DNA of 64,000 bases, taken from an uncultured Candidatus Saccharibacteria bacterium. GTDB lineage: Bacteria; Patescibacteriota; Minisyncoccia; Phycocordibacterales; SW-6-46-9. Numbering within the stretch: the stretch's first letter is position 1; each line of letters starts with the position of its first letter. The notes under the pieces were generated by a model. That model ran no database searches. It saw only the letters and a program-made list of their open reading frames with translations, and was not told the origin of the DNA. Made by a program: the position numbers and the translations under genes. The stretch is from contig CAZHOI010000002.1 in the NCBI GenBank assembly GCA_964534365.1, positions 8,138 to 72,137 on the forward strand, in the 5' to 3' direction. Below, piece after piece: positions 12,176-22,390 of this stretch.

Positions 12176-12302
12176 GGTGATTCGAGCTGGTTTGTGAAAA
12201 CGTCCAATAATAGCTTAACTTAAAAAGCATTTATAAAGCAACAAATAGGGTGAGGGTGATAGGGTGCCAGCCACTCTGACAGATGGCTAATATGTTGTGT
12301 AA

Positions 12303-12905
12303 TTAAATATCGAAATTATACGAATACTCGAGCGCGCGTTCAACCGGCCGGACACTACTGCCGGATTTACCCCTCGCGCGAATTTTCACATATTGCCTTC
12401 CCCCATTTTCATAAGTGTAGAAGGTAACATTAGCACTACTATCATTAGATAATTTCAAACCAAGTGCTCTGTAGCATTTATGAACAGAAGCTGACGAACT
12501 TTCGTTAAAGCCATCACAATTTGTCGCATTAGCTTTTCCGTCATCGTTAGGATTAGTTCCATTAGGATAATCGGGACTAAAGTACTCTAGTTCAAAATCA
12601 CCACCAATATTTGCGCACTTTATTGCTAGTTCACCTGTTTCAGTATCGTCAATATCCCCAAAAAATAAATTGTTTACCAAATCGTGATAGGTAAAACACT
12701 CCAGCGCGGTGTCGGCGGCAAACAATGCAATTGCCGAGTTTTTACCAGTTTGTGAGAGTACATTTTCGCGAAACACAAATCCCGATACTGCCGCCACTAT
12801 GGCAGTAAAGGCGGCCGTTAAAATTACCGCGATCAGCAAGGTTACTCCGCGTTGTGACGGGCGCGATCCGGCAAAGCGCATGAACTTTATCAAACTACAT
12901 TTCAT
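12303..12905 (-). CDS. PilX-like minor pilin
   Basis: QRG|VTLLIAVIL class III-like leader lacking E5; SAIALFAADTALEC PilX N-terminal motif; C-terminal I.ARG...VERALE. Confidence 0.75.
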   Translation of the reverse strand: MKCSLIKFMRFAGSRPSQRGVTLLIAVILTAAFTAIVAAVSGFVFRENVLSQTGKNSAIALFAADTALECFTYHDLVNNLFFGDIDDTETGELAIKCANIGGDFELEYFSPDYPNGTNPNDDGKANATNCDGFNESSSASVHKCYRALGLKLSNDSSANVTFYTYENGGRQYVKIRARGKSGSSVRPVERALEYSYNFDI

Positions 12906-12981
12906 ATCTTCTACCCTTATTCTACCACCATTTAATCACCAAAATATCCCCAGATATTACACCACATATTTAACAAACCCT

Positions 12982-12996
12982 GGGTGACTGTCACCC
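12982..12996. repeat. REP-like palindrome GGGTGACTGTCACCC; degenerate copy at 12261-12277
   Basis: Same core as the palindromes flanking the RAYT at 26761 and 27401. Confidence 0.8.
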
Positions 12997-13099
12997 CCTT
13001 CTCACCCCCTTCTTTAGTAATAAGATAAGGATAATAAAAAATCCCATTGCTATACGTAGTAACAACAGGCTTCTACACTTTCTATATCTTTTTCATATT

Positions 13100-13136
13100 A
13101 CCCAGCACCACTCTTTTAGCAAGAGTGGTGCTGGGT
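13100..13136. terminator. Perfect 16-bp stem-loop downstream of the T9SS-domain gene
   Basis: ACCCAGCACCACTCTT / AAGAGTGGTGCTGGGT. Confidence 0.65.
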
Positions 13137-13159
13137 CGTTCGTCTTTGACCTTGGCCTA

Positions 13160-15223
13160 CTAGCGCACTATCGTCAGTCGCTGATTGATCGGCGGCTGAC
13201 CGTCCACGATCAAGCGGACAAAGTAGACCCCCGGTGCGACGTCCGTGAGGTTCAGTGGGTGCTCGGAAGCGCCCACTGGTACCAGACCGCGAACCTTAGC
13301 CACCTGACGGCCGAGGCCATCAAATACCTGGAGGTCCATCAGGGTCGAGGTCAGCACCTCAATGACAGCCGTCACCGGACCCTGGGTAGGGTTGGGCTGA
13401 AGCCGTAGCGCAAGCGCCATTGCTTCGGGCCCATCTTCATCAGGGGTAGCATATACCACCTGCTGGAAAGCAGATGGTGCCGTGACTAACTCGTCCTTCC
13501 AGTCGCGGAAAAGCGGCTGGATAGTGACGTTGCACGCCTGGCCATCGCGGACAGTAGGACCTTCTAGCGGCAATGCATAAACTACCACATCAGGATCGCG
13601 CCTGGCAGTCGAGTGGTCCTGATCAGTGACCGCAAGCGGTCCGATCAAGAACGTGTCACCACAGGTAATCGTGGCATCGAATCGCTCGACCAGCGTGTTG
13701 CTGGAGGTGAACGATAGAGACCCTACTCCATCAGCAGTGAAATCGAGCGAGACCGAAGCCTCGTCAATTTGTGCCCCGGGCGGGGTTGCCGGCAGCAGGT
13801 TAACTGGTGCCGTAATCCGCGTGCCTTCCAGAACCTGACGGTCCTCATAAGTGCCACGACCCCGGGCCACACACGATAGGCTGGCCTGCTGTGCGCCCAG
13901 TCCCAGTCGCGAGAACTGGAAGGTCAGTGTAGTGTCGTCATCCGTCACCCAGCGATCCTGCAGTTCGCGTCCGACGATCAGGCTGATCTGACCCTGGTCA
14001 TTTTCAAACGTGCACTCCAGGTCGTTGACCTGGCGCTGACGATTGATTGTGACCTTGGCCTCGACGATTGCTTCCCCAAAGGGATCAATCGCCTCGAGCC
14101 CAGATAGCTCGGCACCGGGCGCGATGATCTCCACGAACAAGTCCGACAATCTAGACGTACCGCTGACGCGGTGACGACCGATTGTACAAACCGATCCATC
14201 CGACTGCACTTCATAGCCATTGCTGGATTGAAACGCAGCGCCGACCCAAACGTGCACTGAATCGGTTGTCACCTCTGACAGGTTAAAGACGTCGCCGTAG
14301 GGGGCAACGTCGCCATCAAGGCGCGGGATCAGCTGGCGGAACGGATCATTATGCTTAGACTGAACACCAGGGGTGTTCGGGTACAGCACTTGACCATTAG
14401 GATCAACTACCACCAGATGACAGGCCAGGGTCGAGCAATGAAGGTTTAGCCAGATCTGGGATCGCTGATCAGCTGTGTAGCCACTTAGATCCACAGTGAA
14501 CACCTGTCGCTCGACATCTCCTTCGACTCGCTCGAAATTCGGGTCATCAAACCGCGCCAGTACCCCACCGACCAGATTAGGACGGACAGTTGGCCCGTCG
14601 CTCGAGCAGCTCATGTCCCTAATGGGGAGCTCGATCACTCTGGGCGCTACCCGCGAGTCAACCCACATGGTGTGGGTGTCATCAGGAGTAGGGCCAAAGC
14701 CGGGGCCGGTTAGGACCTGGGTAGTTTGTGGGTCGTAGTCAACCCCTTCAATTCCCGTTGCTACCACCAGATCCTCGCAAGCGGGGACGTACTGGTGAAT
14801 TAACGGGAAGTTCATATTTGAAAGGTTGCGGGTCCAGGTACCGCTGGGTAGACTCTGGCCTGTTACCGTATCCGTCCCATTGACCGACCATAACCAAGAT
14901 GTATAAGATCCGCCGGGCTGAGATCCCAATCCCCCAGCTTCCATCGCCAGACGATACAATCGTCCGGTTGAACAGTCGCCCATCATCCGGACGATATCAA
15001 CATCCTGGCGCAGGCCATCCGCATTGGTTTCAACGTCAAAGACAACCGTGCCAATCTGGGTCGCTGATCCAATGGTCGGCGCCTGATTGACGAACGGGGC
15101 AATGTCGCCTGATTCCTCCCAGATCTGCGTGTGCAGATCCGAGTTGTTCCCCTGCGAGAGGGCGAGGTTGTTGGTAAGCATGGCGAACATTCCTGCCGCC
15201 AGTGCGATCATGAAACGTGCCAT
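13160..15223 (-). CDS. Secreted protein with T9SS type A C-terminal sorting domain, GC-rich
   Basis: Signal peptide; C-terminal LQPNPTQG...LQVFDGLGRQV...LTDVAPGVYFVRL...RLTIVR. Confidence 0.8.
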   Translation of the reverse strand: MARFMIALAAGMFAMLTNNLALSQGNNSDLHTQIWEESGDIAPFVNQAPTIGSATQIGTVVFDVETNADGLRQDVDIVRMMGDCSTGRLYRLAMEAGGLGSQPGGSYTSWLWSVNGTDTVTGQSLPSGTWTRNLSNMNFPLIHQYVPACEDLVVATGIEGVDYDPQTTQVLTGPGFGPTPDDTHTMWVDSRVAPRVIELPIRDMSCSSDGPTVRPNLVGGVLARFDDPNFERVEGDVERQVFTVDLSGYTADQRSQIWLNLHCSTLACHLVVVDPNGQVLYPNTPGVQSKHNDPFRQLIPRLDGDVAPYGDVFNLSEVTTDSVHVWVGAAFQSSNGYEVQSDGSVCTIGRHRVSGTSRLSDLFVEIIAPGAELSGLEAIDPFGEAIVEAKVTINRQRQVNDLECTFENDQGQISLIVGRELQDRWVTDDDTTLTFQFSRLGLGAQQASLSCVARGRGTYEDRQVLEGTRITAPVNLLPATPPGAQIDEASVSLDFTADGVGSLSFTSSNTLVERFDATITCGDTFLIGPLAVTDQDHSTARRDPDVVVYALPLEGPTVRDGQACNVTIQPLFRDWKDELVTAPSAFQQVVYATPDEDGPEAMALALRLQPNPTQGPVTAVIEVLTSTLMDLQVFDGLGRQVAKVRGLVPVGASEHPLNLTDVAPGVYFVRLIVDGQPPINQRLTIVR

Positions 15224-15433
15224 GAGGGTATGGTTAGCAATCTACAGACTCCGTTCGGGCTGTAGAAAAAAGTATAGAAAGTGTCAAAGGACCAGACCAG
15301 AACACATCAGTGCCCAGATCCAATGACCTTGACACTAACATGGTTTGGTTACATAACTATTAAACCATAGTTTTATTAACCATGTAGCAAAAACAGCCTT
15401 GACAGACTGTTCAATAGTTGTATAGATAATGAT

Positions 15434-17779
15434 TTAGAACTCCACTATACCTCCCCCAGCATCATTTAGAATATTGATTGTAACATCTGCGCTGTGTGTA
15501 TTGTTATTATCATCACCGATGGCTGTAAGAATTTTCTTACCACGAGGCATTCTGTTTTGAAGTATGAATTCAACGTTTTGTGCACCACCACAATTGCCGG
15601 CACTACAATTAAATTCTAGATTAGAAGGATTGGTTGTAAAACTGCCAGTACCCAAATCCGAGGAACTAAATGTAACGTCAATTTGTCCGTTGTAACCGGA
15701 TCCTACATCAGGTATGACACGAAATTCTGGTATTGCATCACCGGTTACCCCAGGAACAGTAATTGTTGGTGGGGTTGGGCTAATAATTAATAGTCCATTA
15801 AACCCATCCACTGGGGGGAGGTCTTCGCTACAGTCAATTGCAAAGGTATACGGTTGACCAGATTGAACGTCTTTAAGATTGTCTGGACCAATATTAACAA
15901 CATATCCTGGAACAGGCTCGACAACTAGACGAAACCTTTGTGAATCACCAACTGGAATCGGTTCAGAATGTGAATCAGATTCACCTTGGTCCAGTGATCC
16001 AGTTAAAACAATATTATTACCATTACCCCTGATCAGTTCGAAATCAACCTCTTGACTACAACTGGACTGAACATTTACAGCTGTATTTGGTCCGGCCCCG
16101 GCATTGTAATTACCCTGAACTAATAACTGTCCAGACGCCAGTACTTCCGGAGTGATTAATACGCTAAATATTTTCTGGGTAGTTGTTAATTCATCAACAA
16201 AATCGTCAGGTACTAGCTCATAGGCGATTCTCCCTGGATTTACAGAGTCGCGCCTAGTAGTTTCATTATTTAAATACAGACCCTGATAATCAAGCCCGTC
16301 GGGTACGGCGGTAGGTTCTTCTAGGATAAATTCGATGGTATCTCCAGCTGATACTCCGATTAAAGTGTCAGATACGCCGTTATCGTCATTAAAAGCAACC
16401 TCTTTCTCTTGTGGAACAATTGAAGGAGGCACAGCCCGGAAAGTTTTAGTTTCGGTAGTTAGATCTTCATCAGCTCCAACCGCATTTAATTTATATACCA
16501 CCTCAATATCTCCAGTTATCGGCGTACCCACCCTAGCTGTGGCCGCAAACAGAACATCAATGGCAGACATATGCGATCGGGTTGAAAATCCACTGGTAGG
16601 ATATTCGCAGTCAATTATTAGCCGCTGACTACCTCTTACCAGCACCTTTGTGTCCAAGACAACCTTATTGGCTGCAGAATCATATGTAACATCTGGATCA
16701 GTTATATCAATAGGTCGCATTGCTTTTGGCCAACCGGTATTACATGATTTATAACCTGGGGTTAATTGAACTTGCAAATTAATTTTATCGCCATCTTCTA
16801 GATCAGCGGTACTTACTTGAATTGATGGTATTGCTCCGTCTGATTGATTTGAACTAGTTGACAATGCATTGTTTGTAGTTAATGTAATTACTGGGTTATC
16901 GTTACTATCCGAATACGCAAAGGCCGAGGCGGTACCAGTACCGGCATCATTAGTACACGAAACTTTGTACTCCATCGAGTTTAAAGCGCTGAATTGTCTG
17001 CTACCTGAATTGGCCAGACCAGAGACAGTATTTATAGCGTCAGAATGTCCATAAATATGTTCGGAAATTTGACAAGAATCTGCGTCTTCGCTGGTCCAAG
17101 TAACTTCAATATTGTTAGGAGTTCTGCTTGAAAATAATCCTGATGCTGGTTGGGTTACTTGGGCACTGACAACAGGGACTGATCTTCTAACATCAACAGT
17201 CAATTCATTAACTAAATCCGGAGAACCACTGGACTCTTGCCAGCTGCCGTCATTATCAACCACACATTCCCATTTATACTCTTCACAGAAACCATCGACT
17301 TCGTTTTCACACAGACCCCGGACCTTTTCATAAGGGCGCTCGATTTGTGTTGAAATTAATTCAAAGTCATAACCATCTGATGCTGAAGGGGCTTTTAAAT
17401 TATATGTTCTAGTTGCATTTGACAAGTTGGCTGGCGGACTGTAACCATTAGTTGGAATTGGCCATTCATAACTCATTCTACCCCAGCTACTGTCATGATC
17501 ACCAACACGTTCCAATCTGAATCCCGACGCTACTTCACGACCACATGTTTGCCATTGACTTACCGATCCTTCATTGCCTTCAGTGCGGTAATACCCTTTG
17601 GCAATAACATCAAATGATTGCGTTTTATCAACTGAAATAGACGCTCGTGATCCAACTGAATTTGTATCTATGGTAACGCTAGGAGTTTGAGCATACAAAT
17701 AAGCACTACAACCTAAAATCGCAACTACTGCTAATAGAATTTTGAATACCCTGTTTCGTTTAAAATTTAAGAGTTCCAT
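15434..17779 (-). CDS. Large secreted beta-rich (Ig/PKD-like) surface protein
   Basis: Signal peptide; VTWTSEDADSC...YKVSCTN module; Cys pairs. Confidence 0.65.
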   Translation of the reverse strand: MELLNFKRNRVFKILLAVVAILGCSAYLYAQTPSVTIDTNSVGSRASISVDKTQSFDVIAKGYYRTEGNEGSVSQWQTCGREVASGFRLERVGDHDSSWGRMSYEWPIPTNGYSPPANLSNATRTYNLKAPSASDGYDFELISTQIERPYEKVRGLCENEVDGFCEEYKWECVVDNDGSWQESSGSPDLVNELTVDVRRSVPVVSAQVTQPASGLFSSRTPNNIEVTWTSEDADSCQISEHIYGHSDAINTVSGLANSGSRQFSALNSMEYKVSCTNDAGTGTASAFAYSDSNDNPVITLTTNNALSTSSNQSDGAIPSIQVSTADLEDGDKINLQVQLTPGYKSCNTGWPKAMRPIDITDPDVTYDSAANKVVLDTKVLVRGSQRLIIDCEYPTSGFSTRSHMSAIDVLFAATARVGTPITGDIEVVYKLNAVGADEDLTTETKTFRAVPPSIVPQEKEVAFNDDNGVSDTLIGVSAGDTIEFILEEPTAVPDGLDYQGLYLNNETTRRDSVNPGRIAYELVPDDFVDELTTTQKIFSVLITPEVLASGQLLVQGNYNAGAGPNTAVNVQSSCSQEVDFELIRGNGNNIVLTGSLDQGESDSHSEPIPVGDSQRFRLVVEPVPGYVVNIGPDNLKDVQSGQPYTFAIDCSEDLPPVDGFNGLLIISPTPPTITVPGVTGDAIPEFRVIPDVGSGYNGQIDVTFSSSDLGTGSFTTNPSNLEFNCSAGNCGGAQNVEFILQNRMPRGKKILTAIGDDNNNTHSADVTINILNDAGGGIVEF

Positions 17780-19800
17780 ATTTCGTTTTGGTTACATTCA
17801 ATTTCAATGACTTTATTATCAGGTACGGTTACTGGTATTGGCTCTGTAGAAGACATAGTGACTAGCCCATCCGTCCAGCTACCACGACACTGATCGGCAT
17901 TAGTAGATGACCATTCTACCCAGATAGTTTCGCCTGGTTGTAATTCAGTATCAGGATCTATTGCTGGACCGCCATTGCTTCGAGAAACGATCAAATCAAC
18001 CTCGGGCAGATCACGCCAGGTATGGATCCTAAAGATCATCTCTTCGATATCACCGTTTGAATTCTTTACCGCCGTTAACTGACTGGCAATAGTGTTAATC
18101 ATACCTTCATTACCGTCGCCTAAATTATCTGAAAAGGCTTGGTATTTATTGGATTCCCTACTACTAGTTATCATCATACCCACTTGTCGTCCGTTTTCAT
18201 AAATAAAGGGGTTTTGTTGAGTTGGAATCAGCCTAAACGGAGATTGACCACAATTTGCCGTTGCATTATCTAAACCATCAACACTAAATACCCTAAATTC
18301 AAGCTCTGGGTCTAGGGCCGAACAATGAACCGTAACGGGAATAGTCTCGCCAGCGGTTGGATCTACTATCAAAGTGACTCGTTCAGTACCAGACCGATTT
18401 CTAAAACTAGGGTTAAATTCTGGATTATTTGTATCTGGCTCCAGGCTTAGCTGTCGAATAATGTTCCTATAACTGTATTCGGATTCAAATCCATAATCAA
18501 CTTCCTTAGAGCTGTGATCGGTTACAAAGTTTTGAGTTTCTACATCTATGAAATAAGTTCCTGCAATAGTAGGTGCGGTGCCTTTGATAACTGCATTTGA
18601 ATGAAAATCTGATTTTGGTAGGCCTGAATAATTATTATAAACATAATTACCAAGTTCTTCGGTGACATAAGGACCACTTTCAGGTAAATTCAATACTTCC
18701 ACACAACCTCCCCCAGAACATCGTTGATGACGACCTTCGGGTAGACCAGCGCCAGGGCGATGCGAAGTTATGTTTGCTCGTTGGCCGTTACTGGCAGTAA
18801 TTGCGCCAGCCGAAAAGGCTTGTCTTTCAAGGACATATTCACTATAGATGCTATTTTCGCCATAAAATGCGGAGTCAGGATTGGCAGTAGCGACATATTC
18901 AAAATTAGCACCAGGGGCCACTGTCAAGGTATCGGGCGCAACATCAAATTCAAATTGTTCTTGTGGTTCGCAAGCATAAGTGGGTATTCTTAAATCAGCA
19001 TATAAAGCTGACATTAATTCCTCAGCCCCATTTGCATTGTCTAATGAAGATTGCTCTGTTAACACACGTGAAACTAGGTTGACTCTGTTACTGTCAATTG
19101 GTATTTCTAAATTAAATTGGGTTTCAAATACAGTGTCATACGGGGCACGACCATCAACTTCGAAATAGACATCATAAAGAGCTTGCGCAAGATCCCACCA
19201 TTCTGGACTCATTTTATTTAGATGTTCAACATCTTCATAGCTGTTACTATTCATGGCCTCAATTGTTCTTGTTATATGCATCCAAAACTCTCTATATTCA
19301 TTATCAACCAAACCATTTATTTCTTCTCCTGGCCAAGTATTACTCAAACTTCTGTCTAAAAAGTAAATTCTACTAGCTCGATTGTATGGAGGTGACGCAT
19401 GATCGCCTTGGTCATGTATATTATAGAGATAGTTCATTACATCACTATCTATACCAGAGATATCAAAATTAACATTCATTGTTGACGCATTGACAGAACA
19501 AGACAATGTTACTTCTGCACCAGAAAAAGTGTTTCCATCAGAAACATCAATGATCCCAAAACTTCTCAATCTATCAACGAGTTGATCATTAAGTTTACAA
19601 GTCAAATTTGAATCAGAACAGTCGTAAGTTTCCGAAAAAGCTTGGGCTTCAACTGGCTGACTTTGCTCAAAGTAAAAAAATCCGACGATCATGGCGGCGA
19701 TTGTAAACACCGATACTGCTGAATGTAATTTATTGTTCGGCTTCATATGGTTTATTCCAGGATACACTAACTTCACTGCCAGTTTCGATCGGAACTGCAA
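17767..19800 (-). CDS. Large secreted surface protein (probable start ATG 19746)
   Basis: Signal peptide MKPNNK...VEAQ; C-terminal VEWSSTNADQCRGSW module; overlaps both neighbours. Confidence 0.65.
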   Translation of the reverse strand: MQFRSKLAVKLVYPGINHMKPNNKLHSAVSVFTIAAMIVGFFYFEQSQPVEAQAFSETYDCSDSNLTCKLNDQLVDRLRSFGIIDVSDGNTFSGAEVTLSCSVNASTMNVNFDISGIDSDVMNYLYNIHDQGDHASPPYNRASRIYFLDRSLSNTWPGEEINGLVDNEYREFWMHITRTIEAMNSNSYEDVEHLNKMSPEWWDLAQALYDVYFEVDGRAPYDTVFETQFNLEIPIDSNRVNLVSRVLTEQSSLDNANGAEELMSALYADLRIPTYACEPQEQFEFDVAPDTLTVAPGANFEYVATANPDSAFYGENSIYSEYVLERQAFSAGAITASNGQRANITSHRPGAGLPEGRHQRCSGGGCVEVLNLPESGPYVTEELGNYVYNNYSGLPKSDFHSNAVIKGTAPTIAGTYFIDVETQNFVTDHSSKEVDYGFESEYSYRNIIRQLSLEPDTNNPEFNPSFRNRSGTERVTLIVDPTAGETIPVTVHCSALDPELEFRVFSVDGLDNATANCGQSPFRLIPTQQNPFIYENGRQVGMMITSSRESNKYQAFSDNLGDGNEGMINTIASQLTAVKNSNGDIEEMIFRIHTWRDLPEVDLIVSRSNGGPAIDPDTELQPGETIWVEWSSTNADQCRGSWTDGLVTMSSTEPIPVTVPDNKVIEIECNQNEIWNS

Positions 19801-20272
19801 TTACACTAACTGATTGATTGCCATTCTGCGCGCTGTAATAATAGGTTTGCCCATCATCTGGGGTAGTGTAATCGGTATCAGTCACAGCTAACAAATCCTC
19901 GGTTTTTGAAACTAGCTGATCCAGGGCCTGTTCTGGCGTCAGGGTGCTGCGATAATTTATACTAGTGGTAGTGGTTTGACTGCCAAAATCAGAACGGTTA
20001 ACACCAATTACTTCGGCATTATTTGGGACTAAATCTGAGATACCGAAACTGTCCAGATCATCAGAAGTTACTTGCCCAGGATCGCTAAACCGCAGGTTTT
20101 GATTGGTGCGTTCGCCATAGGTTGAAGTCTCGATCGTGGCTGGTTCCAAGTCTGCATTTTCCCCACCGCGCAACACTAACCACAATATCAAACCTACAAT
20201 TAACAACACGACCAATGCCAAAACCGCAAAACTGTATTTGGTTAACTTTCGGGATAACACCATTTGGTTCAT
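19730..20272 (-). CDS. Single-TM extracellular protein, hypothetical
   Basis: N-terminal TM helix, acidic Ser/Thr-rich domain. Confidence 0.6.
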   Translation of the reverse strand: MNQMVLSRKLTKYSFAVLALVVLLIVGLILWLVLRGGENADLEPATIETSTYGERTNQNLRFSDPGQVTSDDLDSFGISDLVPNNAEVIGVNRSDFGSQTTTTSINYRSTLTPEQALDQLVSKTEDLLAVTDTDYTTPDDGQTYYYSAQNGNQSVSVIAVPIETGSEVSVSWNKPYEAEQ

Positions 20273-20338
20273 AGTATAGCGATAATGTTAGTAAATGCTG
20301 TTTGGAGTGTTGATAACTAGGAATCTATGGGTTACTGA

Positions 20339-20962
20339 CTATGTAGTAGAGCTGAAATCAGGCAATGGATACAACACCTCTTGCAATACCACCTGACCAT
20401 TTTGGCCGCTTTGTAATTTAAATTGAACAGTAGAGGTGATTTCGTAAATTGTAGTTTCAACAAGGTCTGTGCTTCCATCAGAATCATGATCAAAATCAAT
20501 TTCTACTTTATTAAATTCGATTAAACGCGAGTATAGCGTTATATTTCCGTCATTGATTGTATAATTTCCCCCGGATTGCAAAGTTAATTTAGCATCATCA
20601 TCATCAATGTCATTAACTGAAACGAATGCAGCGCCGCCTGGAATATCGCCGGTAGCATCCACATTACATTTATTAGTTGATTTACAATTATCAGGAAATA
20701 AATTGTCGGAATTAGCAATATTACTTCCCAATAATTCTAGTCGGGCTGAATCACGGTATGCCCTTATTGCCTCGATACCCTCGACCGCTAGATACGAAGC
20801 GGTTGTTTGTTCGGCAGCATAGCGTTGCGCCCGCATCGAATCAAACATAACCGACGTAGCAGCAACAGACACAGTCAAAAATACCGCTATGGCCACTAGG
20901 GTTTCGACCAAGGTAATACCTGAATCAAGGCCTGTTCTACGGTTGTATTGACGGTATTTCAT
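20339..20962 (-). CDS. Minor pilin (PilV-like)
   Basis: G|ITLVETLVAI prepilin motif; ASYLAVEGIEAIR. Confidence 0.85.
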   Translation of the reverse strand: MKYRQYNRRTGLDSGITLVETLVAIAVFLTVSVAATSVMFDSMRAQRYAAEQTTASYLAVEGIEAIRAYRDSARLELLGSNIANSDNLFPDNCKSTNKCNVDATGDIPGGAAFVSVNDIDDDDAKLTLQSGGNYTINDGNITLYSRLIEFNKVEIDFDHDSDGSTDLVETTIYEITSTVQFKLQSGQNGQVVLQEVLYPLPDFSSTT

Positions 20963-20974
20963 ATAAATTATTTA

Positions 20975-21535
20975 TTAGTAGTTATCATACCGTCTTTGGG
21001 TTACTAGGGTTTGATAGGTTACCTCGCGAGCGTCAGGAAAATCACCTTTGGCCGTAATAGATATTAAGGCATGAGGCTGTTCAATGTCAGAACCCGAGTC
21101 ATAACGATCATCCCCCGATACTGCTACATCAAAATTGGTAATAATAATGTTTGATGGAGACAGCGGAATTTCTGGACTGCTACCCCCTAAGTCTCTGGTT
21201 AGTTTAAGTTGGTTGTTGTCTGCTCTTAAACTATATGCTTCGCCTGGGGTAATTATGTCAGTTTTGAAACTAAATGCTCCAGAATTCCAATTATAGTCGT
21301 ATCCAACCCGTGCGTTTCGGGCAACATCCTCTAATACTAAATCCATAGCTTGTGACACTTGCTGTTGTTGACGAATTTCACGATTTGACCGCAAAACCGA
21401 CACGGTCGCTGATGACGAGACCATAACCACAATTAAAAATAATGCCATAGAGACAATCAATTCCACTAAAGAATAGCCATCATTGATATTTTTGCCTTGC
21501 AAACGATTAATTGTGTTTTGAAGCTTTAGGATCAT
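20975..21535 (-). CDS. Minor pilin (PilW-like)
   Basis: G|YSLVELIVSM prepilin motif; C-terminal YQTLVTQR. Confidence 0.85.
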   Translation of the reverse strand: MILKLQNTINRLQGKNINDGYSLVELIVSMALFLIVVMVSSSATVSVLRSNREIRQQQQVSQAMDLVLEDVARNARVGYDYNWNSGAFSFKTDIITPGEAYSLRADNNQLKLTRDLGGSSPEIPLSPSNIIITNFDVAVSGDDRYDSGSDIEQPHALISITAKGDFPDAREVTYQTLVTQRRYDNY

Positions 21536-21538
21536 AAT

Positions 21539-22390
21539 TTATTTAACGTAAATTCCCCCACTGGCGTCAATTACTACAAACTGATGATTGCCACTGGGAC
21601 GATCGGCGGTGTCAATTATGATCTCTACCCTTTCAACCTCGAAAATGTCTTCTCGATTGTTTATTAGGATCAAATCATCAGTACTTGAATTAAAATTATT
21701 GATATACTCTGGATCATTACTATAACCGCAGTTTTTAGCAGCAGATATTCTAGGCTGTAATAAAGGTCTAGAGTAAATTATAGACGGATTAAAGCTCGGT
21801 GTATCAGGCTCGATACAAAAGTCGGAATCCCCAATGTAGATTGGCGGCGTTGCACCGTGATAATCGTCTGAACAAAAGGTTGGATTAGATCCTTCACCAA
21901 AAAAACATACTTGCTTAACGACAAGAGGGCTATTCAATTTAATTGGGAAGATTCCATCTTGTTCGGACGAATCCGTATAATAACCATCTTCAATACTGTC
22001 GACAAATTGCACAAATTTAGCGTCGTGTTTGTTGGTTAAATCTAAGTATATACCACGATCATAATCACTATCTGCAGTTGTGACTAGCACATCAGTAGCT
22101 TGTGATTGCTGTTCGCGGAATAAAATAGCCAGTTCATGCGCGGCATTTTTCAGCCTGACACTCTTGTTGAAATCCTGCTGTGACACCACAATCACCCCGC
22201 CCAGCATGGCCATAATTGCGATTGACACCATTAACTCAACTACTGTGAATCCAGCCGATTCCGATTGGATATTTATCTCATTAGTTGAATGAAGGTATTT
22301 GGCTAGCCATTTAATCATATTATTTAATTTATTCATTGAACGCGGCGACACCAAGTTTATTAATCTCTTCGAATGGGACCCGGTATTCAA
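21539..22390 (-). CDS. Minor pilin (FimT/GspH-like); true start likely downstream of the annotated one
   Basis: G|FTVVELMVSI motif; AAHELAILFREQQSQA; C-terminal IDASGGIYV. Confidence 0.85.
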   Translation of the reverse strand: MNTGSHSKRLINLVSPRSMNKLNNMIKWLAKYLHSTNEINIQSESAGFTVVELMVSIAIMAMLGGVIVVSQQDFNKSVRLKNAAHELAILFREQQSQATDVLVTTADSDYDRGIYLDLTNKHDAKFVQFVDSIEDGYYTDSSEQDGIFPIKLNSPLVVKQVCFFGEGSNPTFCSDDYHGATPPIYIGDSDFCIEPDTPSFNPSIIYSRPLLQPRISAAKNCGYSNDPEYINNFNSSTDDLILINNREDIFEVERVEIIIDTADRPSGNHQFVVIDASGGIYVK

